The notes below the pieces were generated by a model, which was given only the letters and a program-made list of their open reading frames with translations, searched no databases and was not told the origin of the DNA. The position numbers and the translations under genes were made by a program. Shown piece by piece: positions 56,900 through 63,775 of a stretch of 64,000 nucleotides of DNA. The number at the start of each line of letters is the position of its first letter. The first letter of the stretch is position 1. This DNA is from a virus: positions 32,001 through 96,000 of the IMG/VR virus record IMGVR_UViG_3300038443_002312. One strand, written 5' to 3'.

Positions 56900-57148
56900 T
56901 CACACTTGCTCGAATCCGAAGTAGTCGGCGCCGCCACGGCCATCCTGACAGTCCACTACGCTGTACGTCTCATCCGGTTCGTCCGAGTTGAGGTACCGGA
57001 TGATTAACCACCAGCGGCCATGTTCAAATAGCGTGTCGAACCGGCGGTTTCTGGACTGGCGGCCGAACTGCGCGACGGCGGCGCGTCGGACCGCGGTTTC
57101 CGTCTTCCGGTCGTCAACTTCCGACGGTAGCGGCTTGCTGGTCGTCAT
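56900..57148 (-). CDS. Early small hypothetical protein
   Basis: RBS cassette; FEHGRWW..TYSVVD. Confidence 0.7.
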   Translation of the reverse strand: MTTSKPLPSEVDDRKTETAVRRAAVAQFGRQSRNRRFDTLFEHGRWWLIIRYLNSDEPDETYSVVDCQDGRGGADYFGFEQV

Positions 57149-57212
57149 GTGCGGACCTCGCGAGGATAGGACCAGGCGGCCGACCGGCAGTGAGGCACGG
57201 CCGGCCGATCGG

Positions 57213-57482
57213 CTAGTAACCGGCCATGCCGGTCGTATCTCGGCCGAGTCGGTTCAAGAGGTGATAGACCGCGTTCGCGGCATAGTTCGGTTGCATCCAA
57301 ACGCCTTCCTCCAGGAAGCGTTCGGTAGCGTACAACTCCGGAAGGACGACCGTTTCCGGCTTCTCGCCGATTCGGATGTACAAGTCATTGCACCAGTCGG
57401 CAACCGTCGGCGCCGACCGTTCGTAGTATTCGGCAATCGCGGTTAGCTGCGCTTTGATGGACTCTATCCAGTGTTGCGCCAT
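57213..57482 (-). CDS. Early small hypothetical protein
   Basis: RBS cassette. Confidence 0.7.
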   Translation of the reverse strand: MAQHWIESIKAQLTAIAEYYERSAPTVADWCNDLYIRIGEKPETVVLPELYATERFLEEGVWMQPNYAANAVYHLLNRLGRDTTGMAGY

Positions 57483-57548
57483 GTGCGGACCTCGCGAGGA
57501 TGGAACGAAGTCCGGCCGGTCCGCGGTGGCGGATTCCGGCCGGTGCGG

Positions 57549-57815
57549 TCATTCGTCGGCCTGGTCGTCCGGTTCGTCCGGTTCCACCAGGTCCGTTTCC
57601 GCGGTCTGATCAATCAGGACAAAAGAGGTGTCGTCGTCCGTGGCGCAAATGTGCAACTCGCCGGAACCGGTCCGCGAGTTGTACCGATAGGTAATCCGGA
57701 TCGAAACACCTGAAACGGTGGCGCCGTCGGCCGTCCGGAACGGCAGGAAATCCACTACGGCGGAGCTGTCCGGCTGTTCGACCGTCAGTCGCGGACTCTT
57801 GCGGTCGTCTGGCAT
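57549..57815 (-). CDS. Early small acidic protein
   Basis: RBS cassette; D/E-rich C-terminus. Confidence 0.65.
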   Translation of the reverse strand: MPDDRKSPRLTVEQPDSSAVVDFLPFRTADGATVSGVSIRITYRYNSRTGSGELHICATDDDTSFVLIDQTAETDLVEPDEPDDQADE

Positions 57816-57877
57816 GTGCGGACCTCGTGAGGAAGACAGGCGGACGCACCGGCCGGCGGCCGGACGCGTCCGAGGAC

Positions 57878-58165
57878 TCAGGCCACGCAATCGGCCGGAA
57901 TCCGGAACTCGGACCGGAACGGCGCGTCGTCCAGGTCGGCCGACCAGTCAGACCGGCTGACGTCTCCGGCCTGGTTGCAGTGCGCGACGCGGACGGTCAC
58001 ACCGGCCGCGATCAGGCCGCGACAATACCATTCACAGTCACGAAATGAGCCTTGTACCAACCGCCGCGCGTGGCGGCCGGACGCCTTGAGGCGGTCGCCT
58101 TTGTTCACGGCAAACACGTTGGCGATGCCAACCTGGTAGACCAAATAGGCGGTGTGGACCGGCAT
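57878..58165 (-). CDS. Early small hypothetical protein
   Basis: LVYQVGIANVF...HCNQAGD. Confidence 0.7.
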   Translation of the reverse strand: MPVHTAYLVYQVGIANVFAVNKGDRLKASGRHARRLVQGSFRDCEWYCRGLIAAGVTVRVAHCNQAGDVSRSDWSADLDDAPFRSEFRIPADCVA

Positions 58166-58233
58166 GACGGAACCTCCGGAACGGAATCGAAAAAGGCGGC
58201 CGGCCGGCGGCGAGGCACGGTCGGCCGAGAAGA

Positions 58234-58437
58234 CTACTTGCGATACTGGCCGAGTTCGCACACCACTTGCCTAGTGTGATCGGTCAGGCTCGCTTTACAC
58301 GTCGCTTTGGTTCCGGAGACGACCAGGACCGGCTGACCGTCACGCATTTCCATAAGCGCGAACTTGTGCGCGGCCGGAATGGTGCCGATGTTCTCGGACA
58401 GCCACCGCGCCGGAGAATTCGGAGCGCCGACAGGCAT
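58234..58437 (-). CDS. Early small hypothetical protein
   Basis: RBS cassette. Confidence 0.65.
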   Translation of the reverse strand: MPVGAPNSPARWLSENIGTIPAAHKFALMEMRDGQPVLVVSGTKATCKASLTDHTRQVVCELGQYRK

Positions 58438-58536
58438 AGCGAACACCTCGCGAGGATAGGACCAGTCGACCGGACGGCAGTGAAGCCGGTCCGGCACAGG
58501 CGGCCGGCCGGCGGTGAAGCCGGTCCGGCCGAGAAC

Positions 58537-59076
58537 TCAGACGGCGGCCGCCATCAGGACCGCACCGGCCGCGGCACGTGCCGCGAGGTCGGTTTCGCGC
58601 CAGGACCACGGCGCCGCCTCCAATTCCGGCCACGGCTCGCGGCGCCACTGACGCGCGGCGCCGCTCCGGCACCAGGCCGCGTACTTCGCGGCCGGTTTGT
58701 GCCGCGCGTGGATTTCCTCGATCACGGCATCGCACAATTTCTTGGCGGCACACTCCGACCAGGCCGGATGCTCGCACGCCTGGTAGGCGTAACAGCGCGC
58801 GAGGTTGTACAGTTCGGCCGCGGTCGGCCGGTAGCCGCGGTCGGTCCACGTGTACGCTTCCAGGTGATCCGGCGATCCTGGCAGTTCGTCCGGCCGGTCG
58901 CGCGGATACCGGTAGGCCACGGACCGGACGTTCTCGGCCGCGAGCATCGCGCCGAGCGAGTCGCGGCCGATGACGGCGCGGCGGTCGGCCGGCCGGATGA
59001 TTCCGTCCGACGTGCCGTCGAGGATGCCGGTCACGAGTAGGTCAATGTGCACGTTGCTGACGACGAACGCACTCAC
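58537..59076 (-). CDS. Conserved phage/plasmid hypothetical protein
   Basis: MSAFVVS..HID.LV...ENVRSVAYRYP...CYAYQACEHP.W. Confidence 0.75.
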   Translation of the reverse strand: MSAFVVSNVHIDLLVTGILDGTSDGIIRPADRRAVIGRDSLGAMLAAENVRSVAYRYPRDRPDELPGSPDHLEAYTWTDRGYRPTAAELYNLARCYAYQACEHPAWSECAAKKLCDAVIEEIHARHKPAAKYAAWCRSGAARQWRREPWPELEAAPWSWRETDLAARAAAGAVLMAAAV

Positions 59077-59174
59077 GGCGGAGACCTCGCGGAACACCGG
59101 CCGCCGGACTGGCGGCCGGAAGCGGCCGGCGGCACTCCGGAGAGCGCCGCCGGCCCGGTTTTGGGCCGGCCGGT

Positions 59175-59585
59175 CTAGTTGTCCGAAACGACGTGCGCGA
59201 ACGCCTCCGCCACGGCCGGCGGCCAACCGGACCACGTGGCGAGCGCCGCGAGGTCGGCCGGCTTACCGGACAGCGCGGCGCGGTAGGCCGCGTTCACCTC
59301 CGGAATCGAGCCGGTGAAGAACCGCGCTTTCTCGGACTGCCACGTGCGGCCGTCGGCGCCGGTATAGCTCGTGTGCGTCGGCACGTCCGGCGCGTCGAAT
59401 ACGACCACGGCGGCCGCGTGGCCGGACCTCTCCGGCCACGCGGCGATCGACCGGACGGCGGTGCCGTCGTCGGTCGGAACCACCAGGATCGTGGCGCCGT
59501 ACCGCGCGTCCGGATTCTTCTGGCCGTAGATTTCTTTGACGGCGGCGCCGGTCGCCGTGGTCTTCTCGCGGATGATCACTTTCAT
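59175..59585 (-). CDS. Early hypothetical protein
   Basis: ORF track; pyrimidine tract upstream. Confidence 0.65.
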   Translation of the reverse strand: MKVIIREKTTATGAAVKEIYGQKNPDARYGATILVVPTDDGTAVRSIAAWPERSGHAAAVVVFDAPDVPTHTSYTGADGRTWQSEKARFFTGSIPEVNAAYRAALSGKPADLAALATWSGWPPAVAEAFAHVVSDN

Positions 59586-59709
59586 CGGACGGACTCACCA
59601 GGAAGGAAAGGAACACCGGAACTGGAGGACTCCGCCACGTGGCGGAAGGCCGGACGGCCGGCCGGTAGGCCGGACCGCCGGAAGTGCCGCCGGTCCGCTG
59701 GCGCCGTAG

Positions 59710-59925
59710 CTACGGCGCCGTTGGACCGGCCGGCCGATCGGACCTGGAGCCGTCGCCGGACTGGCTCTTTCTAGACCGATTGCGAGAGAAGAACGCGTTG
59801 ATTTGCGCGAGCGACCGGCCGCCGTCGCTCTCCGGATGGTAGACGCCGGAACCGAAGCAGGCCGGACAGTCCGGATCGCCACAACACGGATACACCTGGT
59901 CGGCCGGTAGCGTCTGGTCGTCCAC
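59710..59925 (-). CDS. Early small Cys-cluster protein
   Basis: PCCGDPDCPACFG; RBS cassette. Confidence 0.6.
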   Translation of the reverse strand: MDDQTLPADQVYPCCGDPDCPACFGSGVYHPESDGGRSLAQINAFFSRNRSRKSQSGDGSRSDRPAGPTAP

Positions 59926-59964
59926 GTGCGGACCTCGCGAGGAAGGAAGGACCGGCCGGCGCGA

Positions 59965-60231
59965 CTACTTAGCGCCGCGCGTCCGGTCCAGGAGCTTCAA
60001 GGCCGTGTCGATCATGCGCGCCGTCGGCATCGCGCGGTATCGCGCCTGATTGTCCGCGCCTAGCTTGTCGTGGACACCGACCACCAGGCCGGCCGTTGTC
60101 AGGTCCACCGTGATACCGTCGATTTTCGCGTAACTCTTGCGGTCCACAACCGACCGGAACGCGGCCACGCGCTCCTCTCCGGTCGCGCACGTATGGACCG
60201 GCGTTCCGCCGGTCCGCTTGACGGTTGACAT
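59965..60231 (-). CDS. Early small hypothetical protein
   Basis: IDGITVDLTTA..VV.VHDKL...NQ; RBS cassette. Confidence 0.7.
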   Translation of the reverse strand: MSTVKRTGGTPVHTCATGEERVAAFRSVVDRKSYAKIDGITVDLTTAGLVVGVHDKLGADNQARYRAMPTARMIDTALKLLDRTRGAK

Positions 60232-60298
60232 GTGTTCACCTCGCGAGGAAGGAAGCCAGGACCGGCCGGCGGACTTCTCCGCCGGCCGGCCGGTCCGG

Positions 60299-61675
60299 TC
60301 AGTTCCGGACGGCCGCCGTGGCCAGCTGGTACGCGGTCTGTTTGATGTCGTCTCCGGCGCCGGAGATGACGCTTTCGAACCGCGCCGACCGCTTGGCTTC
60401 CTCGGACCTCGCACGGCTCTTGCCGCCGAGTTTGCCGTGGTCCACCGATTCGGTTACCGCGTTGAACGCGGACCAGGCCGAACCGCGGATGCCGCCGACG
60501 CCGTTGGTGTCGGAGTGGTAGCGGTCGAGCACGTCCTCTAGCAGTTCCTTCCGGTGCTTGGCTTCCGCCTCCAACCGCTTCTTTTCGTACTCCTGCTCCG
60601 CACGCGTCACCTTCAGAGTTCGCGCCACCGCGTCAATGCCGGTTTCGAGCTGCGCCGCCGTGATGTCGCACACCGAATCGAGTAGGCCGTTGAAGTAGGC
60701 CAGCGGTTCCATCGGCGTTCGCGCCATCACTTCGGCCGACTCGCGGAACTCCTCGAACTCCTCCACCGCGAGGCCGAGCGCTTCGGCGGCCGCCTTGCGC
60801 TTCGCCTGGAGGTTGCCGGTGTGGCGGATCGTAATGCCTTTTGACCGGTCATCCTTGTCGGCCATCCGCAGCGTGTTCGCGCAGACCACGCGGTGCGCCG
60901 TCGGAAAGCACTTCGCAGCCTCCGTGCCGTCGTGCGCGTTCGTGAACAGCGCGAACGGCTTGATTTCGTCTCCGGCCGTGACACGGAACGCCTGCTTTGG
61001 CAGGTGTACCAGCATCCACACTTTCTTGCCGCCGTGGATCGCGCCGGCGGTTTCGTACCTGGCGCCGAACCGCTCTAACAGGCCGTCAAGGAACTTGAAC
61101 GCGTCCTCGTTCTGGAACGGTTGGTACCGGCCGCCGACCGAACCGAGATAGGCGCCGGTGTCGTCGCGGCTGATCGCGAACGTGTCCGGCGCCTGGATGA
61201 CCTCGCCGCGCGCGTTGGTGAACGTCATGTCTCGCTTGCTCACCTTCCAGTTCAGGCCGGCGAGCGTGATTGCGTCGGTGGACGTTACCGCCGACTCGAC
61301 GTTCACGCCGAGACCGTGCCACGGCGCCGCACCGGCCACCATCACCGATATCCGGCCACCGGACGTGTCCAGGCCGGCGCGGCGGATGGCGGCCGACATG
61401 ATGACGGCGCGGTCATTCTCCGGTAGCGCCATCACCAGCGGATGGATTCGCGCCTGATAGACCGCGTCGGACTCGCCGGACTTCCGGCGCAGTTCCTGGT
61501 ACGCGCCGCACCGGATCATTTCGCCAGGATCGGACAGACCGGCGACGTAGTTGATGCTGGTGATGTCGCGGTTGGCCGTGATGATCCGCGGCCCGGAGGC
61601 GGCCGGACCGGACGCCGGTTCGGACGTGCGGCCGGCGACGGTCGCGGCGAGCGCGGCGTTAATGAGATCGGACAT
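60299..61675 (-). CDS. DUF932 (TIGR03299-like) phage/plasmid protein
   Basis: PWHGLG, AGLNW, YQPFQN.DAF, YETAGA..GG..VW, NAHDG, RVVCANTL, IRHT, AW.AFNAVTE. Confidence 0.9.
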   Translation of the reverse strand: MSDLINAALAATVAGRTSEPASGPAASGPRIITANRDITSINYVAGLSDPGEMIRCGAYQELRRKSGESDAVYQARIHPLVMALPENDRAVIMSAAIRRAGLDTSGGRISVMVAGAAPWHGLGVNVESAVTSTDAITLAGLNWKVSKRDMTFTNARGEVIQAPDTFAISRDDTGAYLGSVGGRYQPFQNEDAFKFLDGLLERFGARYETAGAIHGGKKVWMLVHLPKQAFRVTAGDEIKPFALFTNAHDGTEAAKCFPTAHRVVCANTLRMADKDDRSKGITIRHTGNLQAKRKAAAEALGLAVEEFEEFRESAEVMARTPMEPLAYFNGLLDSVCDITAAQLETGIDAVARTLKVTRAEQEYEKKRLEAEAKHRKELLEDVLDRYHSDTNGVGGIRGSAWSAFNAVTESVDHGKLGGKSRARSEEAKRSARFESVISGAGDDIKQTAYQLATAAVRN

Positions 61676-61839
61676 TGTGGAACCTCCGGATAAGGACCGG
61701 CCGGCCGGTCCGCGGCACCACGCCACGGTTACCGGCCGGCCGAGTGAGGCGACCGGCGATTAGGCCGGTCGCGACCTCGCGAGGAAGGATACAGGCGACG
61801 GACCGACCGGCCGGCCGGCCGGCCGAGTCCGCCGAGTGG

Positions 61840-62103
61840 TCAGACCGCGACCTCGCGCAACCGAGCGTACAGGTTGCGGAGTTGTCGGCGGTATTGCGTC
61901 TCGTTCGGCCGGACGTCCGGCGAGCGGACGGACCGGAAGCCGCCGTACTCCATCGTCCAATCGGCGAACGCGCGGACCATGCCGTCCGCGTGCGCCAGGT
62001 ACACTTTCGGCCGGTCTTTCAGGTCCTGGACCAGGTGTTGCATTTCGTCAAGGTCTTGGTTCGCGTAGGTGTGGACACGCGTAACCGGAATCGCGGTGAG
62101 CAT
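61840..62103 (-). CDS. Early small hypothetical protein
   Basis: CCTCCGGAGG RBS. Confidence 0.7.
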   Translation of the reverse strand: MLTAIPVTRVHTYANQDLDEMQHLVQDLKDRPKVYLAHADGMVRAFADWTMEYGGFRSVRSPDVRPNETQYRRQLRNLYARLREVAV

Positions 62104-62182
62104 CGGTAGACCTCCGGAGGAGCGAGCAAGGCGGCCGGTCCGCCGGACTGGCGGAGTCGGCCGAGTGCCAACCGGTTGGCAG

Positions 62183-62392
62183 TTACCGCACGTGCTCCAG
62201 AGTGCAGAGCACCGGCGGAGTTCCGAGGACCACGGCGGCCGATATGCTCTGACACTCGATCCATTCGTCCGAGTGCCACGGCTGCACTCGGATCGTTCCG
62301 TCCGAGTGCCGGAGGACCGGCCGGCCGTTGTCCAGTGTGTGCACGATTTCCATGACGTTCACCTCAGTATCCGAGGACTCGAAACCGGACAT
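62183..62392 (-). CDS. Early small hypothetical protein (alternative start ~62353)
   Basis: RBS. Confidence 0.6.
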   Translation of the reverse strand: MSGFESSDTEVNVMEIVHTLDNGRPVLRHSDGTIRVQPWHSDEWIECQSISAAVVLGTPPVLCTLEHVR

Positions 62393-62514
62393 AGGCTAGG
62401 ACCTCCGGAAGCGTCACATAGCGGAACACTAGCACGGCCGAATCCTCCGGCGGACCGGCCGCACCAGGCGACCGCGAGCGGACCGGCCGGCCGGTAAGCC
62501 GAACCGGACCAGGT

Positions 62515-62781
62515 TCACACCTCTTTCGCTTCCGACCGGCCGACGTTCTTCCAGGATTGCACGTCTAGAATGCAGTCGCGCGACCGTTCCGACGGCGGAT
62601 AGATGCGGAAGAGGCGGCCGGAATACGGATGCTCAAACATGCCGTCCTTCACCGTGGCCACGAAATCGTCGCGGTGGAAGTAGGCCGAACCGGTCACCTG
62701 GTTGTTGGCGATTTCGAACGTGACCGTGATATCGCGCCGCTCCGGCGCCGTGATACCGTCGTCGAACCGAACTACCAGCAT
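62515..62781 (-). CDS. Early small hypothetical protein
   Basis: RBS cassette. Confidence 0.7.
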   Translation of the reverse strand: MLVVRFDDGITAPERRDITVTFEIANNQVTGSAYFHRDDFVATVKDGMFEHPYSGRLFRIYPPSERSRDCILDVQSWKNVGRSEAKEV

Positions 62782-62842
62782 GGCGGAACCTCGCGAGGAA
62801 GGAAGGCGGCCGGCCGGCGGTGAGGCACGGTCGGCCGATTGG

Positions 62843-63037
62843 TCAGTTAACCGCCTTATAGCAGTTGCACGGAAACTGATGAGCGATCCGGTTTAACCGG
62901 TCGTACTCCGCCTCTCCGACCAGGCGGACCAGGCCGGCGGCCGAAATCGTGTCAGACGTGCCGTCGGAGAACTTCACCGAAAAACCGGACCAGGACCAGG
63001 ACCAGAGGATATGCGTAACCGTCGGAGTGGTCGGCAT
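62843..63037 (-). CDS. Early small hypothetical protein
   Basis: RBS cassette, ATG 63037. Confidence 0.65.
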   Translation of the reverse strand: MPTTPTVTHILWSWSWSGFSVKFSDGTSDTISAAGLVRLVGEAEYDRLNRIAHQFPCNCYKAVN

Positions 63038-63102
63038 GGCGTACACCTCGCGAGGAAGGAACGAAAGCGGACCGGCCGGCGGCGAAGCCGGACCGGACCA
63101 GG

Positions 63103-63282
63103 TTAATCAATCGGAACGACCTCGGTTTCCGCTCTCCAGTGTTTCCGGTAGAACGCCGATAGCTCGTTTGCTTTGTCGGCATCGAACCGGACTGCCGTTT
63201 CGCTGTTGCCGATCCGCTCGCCTCTCTCGTGAATGAACCACGTCTGTCCTTCAGCAGTCACTTTTACGATGAACTGTCGCAT
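63103..63282 (-). CDS. First early gene, 59 aa (absent from ORF track)
   Basis: MRQFIVKVTAEGQTWFIHERGERIGNSETAVRFDADKANELSAFYRKHWRAETEVVPID*, hand-translated. Confidence 0.6.
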   Translation of the reverse strand: MRQFIVKVTAEGQTWFIHERGERIGNSETAVRFDADKANELSAFYRKHWRAETEVVPID

Positions 63283-63318
63283 GAAACGGACTCTTTAGAG
63301 TGAAGGAATACAGGAAAG

Positions 63319-63384
63319 GCATCCGTTCCGGAATCGAACCGGACCGGCGGCCGAAACCGCCGGAGCGCCAACCGCTCGGATTGC
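63319..63384 (-). ncRNA. tRNA-like cloverleaf in early leader (not a canonical tRNA)
   Basis: T-arm TCCGG-TTCGATT-CCGGA; D-like AGCG-GTTGG-CGCT; 7-bp stem with 6-nt loop; GCA(A)TCCG/CGGATGC closing stem. Confidence 0.5.
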
Positions 63385-63743
63385 TCGCAAGCGAGCGTGC
63401 CAGACAGGCGACTCACCGGCCGCCTGTCTTGTGTTGTGGACGTCGTATCCGGCCTGTGGCGCCGGACAGCGGACTAGAGGTTACACACCTGATTTGCCAC
63501 CGCACGTGATTCCGCAGACTCTTTCCGGACCTGTGCGAGCGTCCGGCCAACCGACCGGTTTCGAGCAACGCGGCACACCTCTACCGGCTCTTGTGAGCCG
63601 TCTTAGTGTGTTCCACAACCGGCGGACCTGTGCGAGTGGTTTCGAGATGTCAAAGATCGGCGTGCCGACTGGCGGTTACCGCGTGCGGCCTACTCGGCCG
63701 GTCCTGTCATTCCGACCAGGCCGTTCGCCGCACCGGTGTAGAG

Positions 63744-63775
63744 GAGTTTATACTAAACTCTCTCTCTCGTGTCAA
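63744..63775 (-). promoter_or_regulatory. Strong sigma70 early promoter TTGACA-N17-TATAAA with inverted repeat GAGTTTA-tac-TAAACTC over the -10
   Basis: -35 at 63770-63775, -10 at 63747-63752. Confidence 0.85.

Larger units (their letters stand above)
56846..63055 (-). repeat. Dispersed intergenic cassette repeat: GC hairpin + pyrimidine tract + palindromic SD CCTCGCGAGG
   Basis: Exact copies at 56846, 57156, 57490, 58446, 59933, 60239, 61775, 62789, 63046; variants at 56536, 57823, 58173, 59085, 61683, 62111, 62402. Confidence 0.9.

Noticed and set aside
56846-63055. CRISPR array or integron attC interpretation of the repeated intergenic units
   Set aside because: Units are separated by whole genes, contain the SD, and lack constant repeat/spacer lengths or attC core sites; no cas or integrase gene recognised in the window.
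63319-63384. Functional tRNA gene
   Set aside because: 6-nt anticodon loop, bulged acceptor stem, no variable loop or CCA; kept only as tRNA-like.
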